From Solirubrobacteraceae bacterium (GTDB taxonomy: Bacteria; Actinomycetota; Thermoleophilia; Solirubrobacterales; Solirubrobacteraceae): a stretch of 64,000 nt of DNA. Both the position numbers and the translations under genes were made by a program. The stretch is from positions 5,598 to 69,597 of the forward strand of contig JBCJTT010000007.1 in the NCBI GenBank assembly GCA_039744215.1, in the 5' to 3' direction. Numbering within the stretch: the first letter of the stretch is position 1; every line of letters starts with the position of its first letter. Shown one piece after another: positions 28,039 to 35,934 of the stretch. The notes beneath the pieces were generated by a model. That model saw only the letters and a program-made list of their open reading frames with translations, did not search any database and was not told where the DNA came from.

Positions 28039-29200
28039 CCTGAAGGGTGCCAAAACGATGTTCGGCCGCTGAAATGCGGGTGTTCGCGGTGCTCGTCACG
28101 ATCACGGGATGACCGGGCCGCTGATCTACCGCTGCGTTCTTGCTGTCTTGAAGCTGATCGTGCGTCGGGCCGGATCGGCCGCTGCGAAGGATCTCGAGAT
28201 CGTGTTGCTGCACCACCAGCTGCAGGTCCTTCGTCGCCAGCACCCCAGGCCAAAGCTCAAGCCGTGGGATCGCGTGTTCATGGCGTCTGTCGCTCAAGTC
28301 CTCTCACCGAGACGACGGCATGGTCTCCTGGTCACGCCGCAGACCATGTTGCGCTGGCATCGACGGCTCGTGCGCCGCCACTGGACCTCTGGGCACACCG
28401 GCACGAGCGGCCGCCCGCCGATCCCGGACGCGACCCGCCAGATGGTCGTGCGGCTCGCGCGGGAGAACCCGAGATGGGGATACCAGCGCATCGCCGGTGA
28501 ACTGCAGAAGCTCGGCGTCAAAGTCTCGCCGAGCACCGTCCGCCGTATCCTCGCCCGCTCGGGACTGCAGCCGGCGCCCCGTCGGATCGGCCCGACGTGG
28601 AGCCAGTTCCTGCGCGCCCAGACGGCCGGGATGATCGCGTGCGACTTCTTCACCGTCGACACCGCGTTCCTGCGCCGCTACTACGTGTTGTTCGTGATCG
28701 ACATCCACACCCGCCGGCTGCACCTCGCTGGGGTTACTCGTAACCCCGACGGGCCGTGGGTTACGCAACAGGCACGGAACCTCAGCATGACCGGGGTGCT
28801 CGACGACGCTCGGTTCCTGATCCGCGACCGCGACACCAAGTTCACCGCCGCGTTCGACGCCGTCTTCCAGTCCGACGGGGTCCGGGTGCTGCAGACCCCG
28901 TTCCGCACGCCCCAGGTCAACGGCTACGCCGAACGCGTGGTACGCACGATCCGTAGCGAGTGCCTTGACTGGATCATCATCCGCGGCCACCGGCATCTCC
29001 AGCAGGTCCTTGAAATCTACGTCCAGCGCTACAACGAGCAGCGACCGCACCGTGCGCTCGGCCGACGACCCCCGGTCGCCGTCGCCGCAACCCCGCAACA
29101 AGGCCCCGCGGACCTGCGCCGACACGACCGCCTCGGCGGCCTCATCCACGAGTACTACACAGACGCAGCCTGACCGAACCTAGTTTTGGCACCCTTTAGG
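28039..29200 (+). mobile_element. IS element (single-ORF rve/DDE transposase, IS481/IS3-superfamily-like), 1162 bp
   Basis: Imperfect 30-bp terminal inverted repeats with 25/30 identity. Left is CCTGAAGGGTGCCAAAACGATGTTCGGCCG at 28039-28068. The reverse complement of 29171-29200 is CCTAAAGGGTGCCAAAACTAGGTTCGGTCA. One 354-aa transposase ORF lies between them. No clear target-site duplication. Confidence 0.75.
28109..29173 (+). CDS. DDE (rve, integrase-core) transposase
   Basis: 354 aa. N-terminal KDLEIVLLHHQLQVLRR...LVTPQTMLRWHRRLVRRHW module and ENPRWGYQRIAGELQKLG HTH. DDE core: ACDFFTVDT, LIRDRDTKF and PQVNGYAERVVRTIRSE. Confidence 0.85.
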   Translation: MTGPLIYRCVLAVLKLIVRRAGSAAAKDLEIVLLHHQLQVLRRQHPRPKLKPWDRVFMASVAQVLSPRRRHGLLVTPQTMLRWHRRLVRRHWTSGHTGTSGRPPIPDATRQMVVRLARENPRWGYQRIAGELQKLGVKVSPSTVRRILARSGLQPAPRRIGPTWSQFLRAQTAGMIACDFFTVDTAFLRRYYVLFVIDIHTRRLHLAGVTRNPDGPWVTQQARNLSMTGVLDDARFLIRDRDTKFTAAFDAVFQSDGVRVLQTPFRTPQVNGYAERVVRTIRSECLDWIIIRGHRHLQQVLEIYVQRYNEQRPHRALGRRPPVAVAATPQQGPADLRRHDRLGGLIHEYYTDAA

Positions 29201-29502
29201 GCGTGGCGGTGCTGCAACTCGTTGTCCGGGAGATCTGCCAGCACGACGCGTGTGTGCTGAGCCTCGACGACCAGCGTGCTTGTGCGGCGCAGCCACGCGG
29301 CCCGCTCGATTCGCACGCGCAGCGCGTAACCGCCGTGCGTCATCCGATTGATGTCCAGCACCACGGGCGCGGAGTGCGGGGTGACGCTGTACGGCGTCCC
29401 CGCGAAGCAGAACGAGCCGAGGTCCACCTCGACTTCCATCCGGCGGCCTTCGCCGCTCTGCAGACGCATCCTCCCGATGTCGAGGGTGTCCGTCCGGGCC
29501 AT
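29201..29502 (-). pseudogene. hypothetical ORF truncated at the right IS end
   Basis: ATG at 29502 (MARTDTLDIGRMRL...). The frame runs into the IS inverted repeat and terminates inside it. Confidence 0.35.
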
Positions 29503-29528
29503 CACCGCAGCGTAGAAGATGACCCGCC

Positions 29529-30404
29529 TCAGCGAGACCGGCGCACCGACAGCACGATCTTCGCGGTGATCCAGCAGTCGCCGTCGGCGTTGAGCGCTCC
29601 GGGGGCGGGTATCCCGGCCGAACCGGACTTGGTGGAGGCGCGCGCTAAGTTGCACGGCCCGGCGACGACGATCGACCGTCGCAGCCGATCACGGCGCTTG
29701 AGGTTGAACAGCTTGACCGAGGCCAGCCCGGTCGGCAGCGAAAGGGATACGCCGGGATACCAGGACGTGCTGATGTGGGCGTTGCTGGGGGTGCCGAAGA
29801 GCTCGACTATGCCAGCATTGCCACCGGAACACGACCCGAAGTCCTGGGCGCCACCGCTGCGGATCACCGACAACATCATCGGATTGCCGCCGAGCGGGAC
29901 CGGGTCGTCCTCATTGCCCTCGGACTTGACGGCCGACGTCAGCGCGACCGACGTCTTTCCTTTTATCTTCACGCACGTGGGCGGGACCGGCTCGGGGTCC
30001 GGCGCGATCGGTGCGCAGTAATTCGTGGTGCCGAACCCGGTGATCCCGCCGGTGATGTTGGCCGAGCCCACCGCGCGGGAGAACCCCGTCGTGATCACCC
30101 CGTCCATCCCCGGAAACACGGTGTTAGTCAGGCGCGTTCTCACGTACTTGCTCGTCTCGAACGTGTACCGGTTGGTCTGCGTGTACGTCACGCCGGGGGA
30201 GCAGCGGCTGGTCGTGTCCGTGAGCTGGCGCGTCTCCACGTACCCGGCGACGTCGAGGTCGAGCTTCGCGACCTGCAGGAACTTGGGCGCCTTCATCGCC
30301 GCGGCGCCGGCGTCGGCCATGGCCGCGGACGGCACCAAGGCGAGTCCGAGCGTGGCGGCGACGGAGGCCGACAGCGCGAGCACGGCGTGCGAACCAGAGC
30401 TCAT
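29529..30404 (-). CDS. secreted protein of unknown function
   Basis: 291 aa. Signal peptide MSSGSHAVLALSASVAATLGLALVPSAAMA. Gly/Thr/Ser-rich with 8 Cys. No domain recognised. A consensus promoter sits directly upstream. Confidence 0.6.
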   Translation of the reverse strand: MSSGSHAVLALSASVAATLGLALVPSAAMADAGAAAMKAPKFLQVAKLDLDVAGYVETRQLTDTTSRCSPGVTYTQTNRYTFETSKYVRTRLTNTVFPGMDGVITTGFSRAVGSANITGGITGFGTTNYCAPIAPDPEPVPPTCVKIKGKTSVALTSAVKSEGNEDDPVPLGGNPMMLSVIRSGGAQDFGSCSGGNAGIVELFGTPSNAHISTSWYPGVSLSLPTGLASVKLFNLKRRDRLRRSIVVAGPCNLARASTKSGSAGIPAPGALNADGDCWITAKIVLSVRRSR

Positions 30405-30410
30405 GGGCCG

Positions 30411-30438
30411 ATCATACGCGCGGCTCGGAACCTGTCAA
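30411..30438 (-). promoter_or_regulatory. sigma-70/SigA-type promoter giving a leaderless mRNA
   Basis: Minus strand reads TTGACA (30438-30433), a 16-nt spacer, TATGAT (30416-30411), 6 nt, then the ATG at 30404. Confidence 0.55.
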
Positions 30439-30465
30439 GTCGTTTGAGACAGTGGGTCTGTGAAT

Positions 30466-30678
30466 TTAGTGGCGGGCCTCCGGGCTTGGGGTGGGGTCTT
30501 GGGGCTTGTTGATCCAAGCGCCGGTCGGGAGCGCAGACGGCGGCCGCGGCGGGCGGCGAACGAAGCGCTCCGGGGTGGCGGCGTAGGCGGCGTTGAGGAC
30601 CTGTGCGCGGGCGGCGTGGGTCTGCTCGGCTCGGCCGTGATGCACGACGTTCGGGGTCATGAGGCCGATCGTGCTCAT
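30466..30678 (-). pseudogene. C-terminal relic of a second rve-type transposase
   Basis: STIGLMTPNVVHHGRAEQTHAARAQVLNAAYAATPERFVRRPPRPPSALPTGAWINKP matches the conserved tail (HSGIGL.TP..VHYG...R..VL..AY..HPERFV...P.PP.LP..AWIN.P) of actinobacterial DDE transposases. No catalytic core lies upstream. Confidence 0.55.
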
Positions 30679-31103
30679 TGCATGACTCCCGGGACGTACG
30701 ACTAAATGTACGTATATTGAGGAGGGCAACTCGTCGCGCGGTACACACGTCGCACAGACTGCAGGCAAGGCTGCCGTCACCCGGCGATCCGCACGTCCAA
30801 GGAGTCACGTCGCCGCCGCGGAGGATGGAGCCAGACTCCATTTGGTCGAACTCCTGGAAGAGCCGACGAGCTTGGACGCCACGGTGGTCGGACCAACAAC
30901 GGCCCGACCCCACAGCGCCTCGTACACCACTTCTAACGACATGACCTTGGGACGCGAATGGGACGCGGTGAGTCGCAGTCAGGCGGTCGGCGTCACGGCG
31001 CGACCAGCGTCCGCTACTTGCCGTGTTTGAGGGTGCGCCACTTGCTGCTCTTCCCAGCCCGGTCCCTGATGGGAGCGAGCGGCCAGCGACCAATCCCGCG
31101 ATG

Positions 31104-32303
31104 CTAGATCTCGCAGACAGCGATAGCTGGGGCGTCGCGGCGAGCTTTCTCGGTCGTGGTCGTCAGGTCGCCGAGGGGGGCATAGGTGACGCGGCCGGGA
31201 TCGAGGTCAAGCGCCGCGGCATCGTCTGGTTCCAAGCGTTCCATGAGACTCTTCGAGGCGAGCGCCAGGCCGCCGCTGGCGCAGGCCTCGATGCGGGCGC
31301 CTTCGTTGACTTCGTCGCCGAGGGCCGTGACCTCCGTGCGCCCGCCGGTCGTGATGTTCCCGACGTACAGCGTGGATCCCCAGTGCAGGCCGAAGCGCAG
31401 CACGACGTCCTCGGGCTGCAGTTCGCTGCGAGCGGCGACCTCGCGGACAGCCACTCGGAGCGCGCGGGCGGCGGTGATGCACGCGCGCGCGGCGGCGGAC
31501 TCTGATCCGCACGTCTCGGTCAGAAAGAATGCGACGACGCCGTCACCGACGTGGCGTCCGACGATGCCGCCTGCGTCGATGACGCACTGGTCGGCGGCTC
31601 GAACCAGGCGCCTGCCGAGCGCGAAGTAGCTGGCGGTCGAGAGGCGCCGCGCGAGCTGGTAGGACCCTTCCAGGTCGGCGAACAGGATTGCCGCGGGACG
31701 CCTACGGGCCTCGGCGACGCGTTGCATCCGCTCGACGTGCCGCCGATCGGCGGAGATGGTCATCGCGCCCAGCGTTGCCATGTCCGCCGCGGGCTTGGAG
31801 ATCAGCATCGTTCCGGCCAGCCACCCAGCGGCGTCGCGCAGGCGCGTTGCGATGACGGGAATGTCCTCGAGGACCCAAATGCACATCCAGCCGCCTGCAA
31901 GCACCAGTACCGCTGGATCGGCCGGCGAGAGCTCGTCGACCAGATCACTCAGCGCCGGATCCACCAGCTCGCGCAGCTCATCGCGCCCACCCGGGGTGTC
32001 GGCAAGGATCCACCCGCCGAGGCCGGCGAAGTAGTCCCTTTGGAGCTCGTTCGTGTTGTACCCAAAGGGCCACGTCCTGCTTTTGGCCACCGCCTCGGGC
32101 CCGAAGAAGTGAGCGCCGATCGCAAACGGTGCGAGCTCGACGAAGCCGCCGAAAGTGCGGCGCAGCGCGTCGGTCACATAGACAAGCCGCCAGCGGTCGT
32201 CGACGACCCACCCCCAGTGACCTGTGTCGCGCAACGCGATCGCCGCTTGCGCGAGCACCGGGTCCTCAGGCAGCGGGTACGACTCCTGACCGTCCTCAGG
32301 CAT
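31104..32303 (-). CDS. class III adenylate/guanylate cyclase with uncharacterised N-terminal sensor region
   Basis: Trimmed to the ATG at 32303, because the longer ORF reads through a tRNA fragment. Cyclase motifs AILFADLEGS, GDGVVAFF, RFGLHWG and GDEVNEGARIE. Confidence 0.75.
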   Translation of the reverse strand: MPEDGQESYPLPEDPVLAQAAIALRDTGHWGWVVDDRWRLVYVTDALRRTFGGFVELAPFAIGAHFFGPEAVAKSRTWPFGYNTNELQRDYFAGLGGWILADTPGGRDELRELVDPALSDLVDELSPADPAVLVLAGGWMCIWVLEDIPVIATRLRDAAGWLAGTMLISKPAADMATLGAMTISADRRHVERMQRVAEARRRPAAILFADLEGSYQLARRLSTASYFALGRRLVRAADQCVIDAGGIVGRHVGDGVVAFFLTETCGSESAAARACITAARALRVAVREVAARSELQPEDVVLRFGLHWGSTLYVGNITTGGRTEVTALGDEVNEGARIEACASGGLALASKSLMERLEPDDAAALDLDPGRVTYAPLGDLTTTTEKARRDAPAIAVCEI

Positions 32304-32427
32304 CGCCCAACCATACCTCGCGTGCCCAACGATGCCCGTTCTCGCTCCGGACGAGAGGTATCGCGCGGTGCCCGCCCCCGGGGTCGGCGGCGCTTCAGCC
32401 TCAGCATTTGCAGGCCGTTCTTTTGAA

Positions 32428-32469
32428 TGGAGCCAGACGGGATCAAACCGTCGACCTCCTGCTTGCAAA
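32428..32469 (-). pseudogene. tRNA-Ala(TGC) 3' fragment (anticodon loop to discriminator)
   Basis: Reverse complement is TTTGCAAGCAGGAGGTCGACGGTTTGATCCCGTCTGGCTCCA. This aligns with the 3' 42 nt of bacterial tRNA-Ala(UGC) (compare E. coli TTTGCACGCAGGAGGTCTGCGGTTCGATCCCGCATAGCTCCA). No matching 5' half is present. Confidence 0.55.
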
Positions 32470-32590
32470 CGAACCCAGACGGGTCACAAGAAGACACCGA
32501 TGGTCAGGGACGCCGGGTCCTTCCTCCCGGTCGGGACGGGGTGAAGCGGTGCTCCTGCTTGTCGTCTCTATGAAAGAGGGATGGCGGGGC

Positions 32591-32621
32591 GTGGGCGAGG
32601 CGCCGGTGCGCCGTCGCCCAC
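32591..32621 (-). terminator. hairpin downstream of the cupin gene (possible intrinsic terminator)
   Basis: An 8-bp stem, GTGGGCGA (32591-32598) pairing with TCGCCCAC (32614-32621), lies 10 nt after the stop. The downstream T-tract is weak. Confidence 0.3.
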
Positions 32622-32630
32622 AACGGTGGT

Positions 32631-33077
32631 TCAGGCAGCAGCTGGTGCGCCCTGGTTGAGGACGGTCGCGCCCATCGGCTGCATGGGTTCGGTGAAGGTC
32701 GAGATGATCTCAGACTCGGAGAAGAAGCCCACGCACTTGAAGGTCTCGTCGCCCATGTTGCGTAGAGCGTGGGGGACCATTGCGGGGATCACGGCGAGTT
32801 CTCCAGCCGTCAGGTGCCCGCGCTCGTCGCCTACTTCTGCCTCTGCCTCGCCGGCGACGACGTAGAGGATCTCCTCGGCGCTGTCGGTGTGGATGGGGAG
32901 CTGGTCGCCCGGCTCGATTTCGAAGTAGACGACGGCGCTGTCGTCGGAGCCGGCCCACTTGTTGATCGGGAACGTGCAGCGCACGCGCTGGTGCTCGGGG
33001 TCGCTGTCGAGCCAGACCTGAGTCAGCTCGAGTTCGGTGGTGTTGGCAGTTAGCATGTCTGGAGTCCCGTCTTTCAT
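32631..33077 (-). CDS. cupin-domain protein
   Basis: 148 aa. Cupin motifs in GDQLPIHTDSAEEILYVVAGEAE and AVIPAMVPHALRN. Confidence 0.75.
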   Translation of the reverse strand: MKDGTPDMLTANTTELELTQVWLDSDPEHQRVRCTFPINKWAGSDDSAVVYFEIEPGDQLPIHTDSAEEILYVVAGEAEAEVGDERGHLTAGELAVIPAMVPHALRNMGDETFKCVGFFSESEIISTFTEPMQPMGATVLNQGAPAAA

Positions 33078-33104
33078 AGAACAGCTTTGGTCGATGGATT
33101 ACTG

Positions 33105-33133
33105 ACCCTACCTCGGGCTGTATCGCCTGTCAA
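33105..33133 (-). promoter_or_regulatory. sigma-70/SigA-type promoter for the cupin gene, overlapped by a palindrome
   Basis: Minus strand reads TTGACA (33133-33128), a 17-nt spacer, then TAGGGT (33110-33105). The palindrome GTCAA-GT-TTGAC at 33129-33140 covers the -35. Confidence 0.5.
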
Positions 33134-33154
33134 GTTTGACTGCACGGTTATGAG

Positions 33155-33967
33155 CTACGAAAGGCCGCTTGAGCGGACACCGAGTGGTTCGAGCCAGGCT
33201 GCGGGCAGCGTCGGCGGGACCCTTCCCGGGTAGTCCGGGACGACCCGCAGGGCGAGCTCGCCGGCCGGGCGGTGCTCGATTGCCGGCCGTAGGTCGTCGA
33301 ACGCCATCGCCAGTCGCAGGCTTGGGGCGATCTGGAAGTCGGCGACGTTGAGATTCTCGCCGCCGAGCGTGCCGTCGGCGATCCAGTCGTCAATCCGCTG
33401 CAGCATTCCGGGCAGGGCCGCAATGTCGCGTTGCACGTCGGCGTCGCTGACATCGTGCGAGCGGGCGTCGAGCGCGATGAACGGGCCGGCCATCCTGACT
33501 CCCAGGCCGTGCGGGAGGCCGATCTTCGCGCCCTCCAGGAAGCTGCGCAGCGGCGCCACGTCCTGCTTGAGCATCCACAGCAGGATCTGACGCACGCAGT
33601 GCTGCAGATCCTCGTCGCCGAACCGCTCGGCCACCTCCACCTGTGCACGGAGGCCGGGATCAGCGGGGAAGATGGCCGGCTCGGGCCGCAGGCGCTCGAG
33701 CTCACGGGCGATCTCCGTCGAGCCCTGGACCCGTCGCCCGTCGATCTTGATCGCCGGCACCGTCACGCGCGGGAAGCGCAGCACCTTGAGCACGCCCCAC
33801 GAGACCACGGGAAGCAGGTCGGTGCGTCTATATGGAATGCCCTTGAGTTCGAGCATCCGCTGCACGGCGACCCCGGGGTGCGAGCCGGGGATCGTGAACA
33901 GCCGCACTTTGAACGGGCCGGCCGGCTCCAGGCGGGTTTCGGCAGGCGTTGTCGCTGTGGTCGTCAT
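33155..33967 (-). CDS. glutathione S-transferase-like protein (thioredoxin-fold N-domain)
   Basis: About 270 aa. The GST_N-like segment VRLFTIPGSHPGVAVQRMLELKGIPY...VPAIKIDGRRVQGSTEIAREL is followed by a helical C-domain. Start is the ATG at 33967 or the GTG at 33991. Confidence 0.65.
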   Translation of the reverse strand: MTTTATTPAETRLEPAGPFKVRLFTIPGSHPGVAVQRMLELKGIPYRRTDLLPVVSWGVLKVLRFPRVTVPAIKIDGRRVQGSTEIARELERLRPEPAIFPADPGLRAQVEVAERFGDEDLQHCVRQILLWMLKQDVAPLRSFLEGAKIGLPHGLGVRMAGPFIALDARSHDVSDADVQRDIAALPGMLQRIDDWIADGTLGGENLNVADFQIAPSLRLAMAFDDLRPAIEHRPAGELALRVVPDYPGRVPPTLPAAWLEPLGVRSSGLS

Positions 33968-34012
33968 GTCAGCTGCCTTTTCATTGAACACACTTGGTTG
34001 ATGTATTTGGCG

Positions 34013-34041
34013 ACGCTACGCCCGACCAAGCCATCTGTCAA
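34013..34041 (-). promoter_or_regulatory. sigma-70/SigA-type promoter for the GST-like gene, in the divergent region shared with tetR
   Basis: Minus strand reads TTGACA (34041-34036), a 17-nt spacer, then TAGCGT (34018-34013). Confidence 0.45.
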
Positions 34042-34057
34042 GCTTCAGTGCACAGCC

Positions 34058-34687
34058 ATGGTTCGTGAAACTCCCACCAAGCGCAAGTACGAGCTCAAGA
34101 AGCGCGCCGACGAGATGGCCGCGACGCGCCGGCGGATCACCGAGGCCGCCGTCGAGCTGCACGGCACGATCGGCCCGGCCCGCACCACGATCACCGCGGT
34201 CGCCGAGCGCGCCGGCGTCCAACGTCACACCGTCTACCGCCACTTCCCCACCGAAGCAGAGCTCTACGGAGCGTGCTCAGCCCACTTCTTCGCCGCCAAC
34301 CCGCTGCCCGACCCCCAGGCCTGGGCCGCGATCAGCGACCCCCACCAGCGGCTCGCGCGAGCACTGGACGAGCTCTACGCCTACTACGAGCGTGCCGAGC
34401 AGATGTTCTCCAACGTCTTCCGTGACGCCGAACTCGTCGACGCCCTGGCCCCCACCCTCGCGCCGCTCCAGAGCTACATGGCCACCACGGCCAAGATCCT
34501 GGCAACCGGCCGACCCGTCCGCGGGCGACGCCGACAGGTCCTCGCCGCCGCGCTCAACCACGCCACCGACTTCCGAACCTGGCGCTCGCTCACCGCCGAC
34601 GGCCAGATCACGCGCACCGACGCCGTACAACTCGCCAGCGGACTCGTCGACACCGCCGCAACCCCCCAGCGACGCACCACCGCATAG
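34058..34687 (+). CDS. TetR/AcrR-family transcriptional regulator
   Basis: Track ORF trimmed to the ATG at 34058. HTH is RRRITEAAVELHGTIGPARTTITAVAERAGVQRHTVYRHF. Confidence 0.8.
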   Translation: MVRETPTKRKYELKKRADEMAATRRRITEAAVELHGTIGPARTTITAVAERAGVQRHTVYRHFPTEAELYGACSAHFFAANPLPDPQAWAAISDPHQRLARALDELYAYYERAEQMFSNVFRDAELVDALAPTLAPLQSYMATTAKILATGRPVRGRRRQVLAAALNHATDFRTWRSLTADGQITRTDAVQLASGLVDTAATPQRRTTA

Positions 34688-34902
34688 CTCCACCCGGCAA
34701 GACGGTGGCCCACCGCCTGCGCGCCGCTCCGCATCCCCGCAGACCAGTTCTCCCTGCGGCGTGCCCGTAGACGCGGCTCGGACCACGATTCCCGCGGGCC
34801 CACCGGTGCCAGCGATGGCCGCGCGCAGGCAGGCGAACGTTGCGCTGTGTCCGCCGTCGACAAACTCGTCGGCGACGTGGAGCGTGGCCTGGGATTGCGG
34901 TG

Positions 34903-35934
34903 TTACGCGGCGAGCGAGTCGCGGACCGTCGTCCGCTTGCCCCACTGGTCGGACTGGGCGAACGCCATCAGCTGGGGGAAGCAGGCGCGCACGTCGGCCG
35001 GTTCGATCCCGGCCGGGCCGAGGACGGCGGCGGCCCTGCGGCGGTCGAAACGGGTGCGCACGTCGAAGTAGGGGGCGAAGACGCCTTCGGTCTCCGCGTC
35101 GGGCCGCAGCTCGATCGGCGCCCGGTCGAAGCTTGCGGCCGCGAGCCTTACCAAATCATGCACAGGGAAGGCGCGGGCCCCTGCCGTGAGGTTGTAGGTG
35201 CCGGTCGCGCCGGGCGCGGTCAGCAGATGCAGTAGCGCGTCGGCCACGTAGTCGCCCGTGACGATGTCGAGCAGGCCGTCCGGATCGGCGGGGGCGCTCG
35301 TCAGTAGGCCGCGGGAGTAGGCGCGCATCGGTGGGTAGAGGACGTTGAAACTGCACGTCCAGCCGGTCGGCGCTTCCCCGACCACGATGCTGGGCCGCGC
35401 GACGACGAGCGGCAGATCGTCGCGCTCGCCGAGCATCACCTCGGCCTCGAGCTTCGTCTGCTCGTAGGTGTTACGGAACGCCTGGCCCAGGTCGAGATCG
35501 CCCTCGGTGAAGGTGCCGTCGTGGCGGCCCGACACGTAGGCGGTGCTGACGTGCACGAACCGCTCTAGGCGCGGCGCATCCTCCGCGAGGAGGTTGGCGA
35601 GAAACCGCGTGCCGCCGACGTTGGTCGCCCGCGCGGTGTCCAGGGGAAGGTCGAAGGCCACCGCGGCGGCGCAGTGCAACACGAGCGTGACCTCGCCCAA
35701 CCCCGGGATCTGCGGGTCCTGCGTGAGGTCGGCCGCGCAGGCGCGGATACGTGCCCGCCGGGCAGGGCCGGGGACGGCCCACAACCGGTCGAGGACCGCG
35801 TCCATCCGCGCGGTCGCGGCGATATCGTCGTCGGCCCGGACGGGGCAGAGGATCGGCTCGCCCTCGGGGTCGGCGAGGAGCCGAGCGAGCACGAGCGTCC
35901 CGAGATACCCGGTGGCGCCGGTGAGCAGGATCAT
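34903..35934 (-). CDS. thioester reductase-family SDR (fatty acyl-ACP/CoA reductase-like, NAD_binding_4 type)
   Basis: Trimmed to the ATG at 35934, which makes an ATGA overlap with the fabI stop. Rossmann motif LLTGATGYLG, catalytic YEQTK, and VHVSTAYV typical of terminal R domains and FARs. Confidence 0.75.
   Translation of the reverse strand: MILLTGATGYLGTLVLARLLADPEGEPILCPVRADDDIAATARMDAVLDRLWAVPGPARRARIRACAADLTQDPQIPGLGEVTLVLHCAAAVAFDLPLDTARATNVGGTRFLANLLAEDAPRLERFVHVSTAYVSGRHDGTFTEGDLDLGQAFRNTYEQTKLEAEVMLGERDDLPLVVARPSIVVGEAPTGWTCSFNVLYPPMRAYSRGLLTSAPADPDGLLDIVTGDYVADALLHLLTAPGATGTYNLTAGARAFPVHDLVRLAAASFDRAPIELRPDAETEGVFAPYFDVRTRFDRRRAAAVLGPAGIEPADVRACFPQLMAFAQSDQWGKRTTVRDSLAA

Noticed and set aside
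29201-29502. Possible DUF177/YceD identity of the IS-truncated ORF, which would echo the yceD-rpmF-plsX-fab linkage of other bacteria
   Set aside because: Only a vague N-terminal pattern resemblance. The characteristic Cys-x-R-C-L motif is absent, so it stays a hypothetical fragment.
30401-31093. 230-aa minus-strand ORF spanning the region between the secreted-protein gene and the cyclase
   Set aside because: The translation is Arg/Pro-rich with no motifs. A different frame of the same DNA carries the recognisable transposase C-terminal relic (30466-30678).
32304-32468. Upstream extension of the adenylate cyclase ORF (MQAGGRRFDPVWLHS...)
   Set aside because: This part is the translation of a tRNA-Ala T-arm and acceptor fragment. 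The ATG at 32303 is the credible start.
32433-32482. Direct repeat CCAGACGGG (32433-32441 and 32474-32482) flanking the tRNA-Ala fragment
   Set aside because: It is only 9 bp, and one copy is simply part of the tRNA T-arm. It may be recombination microhomology, but chance cannot be excluded.
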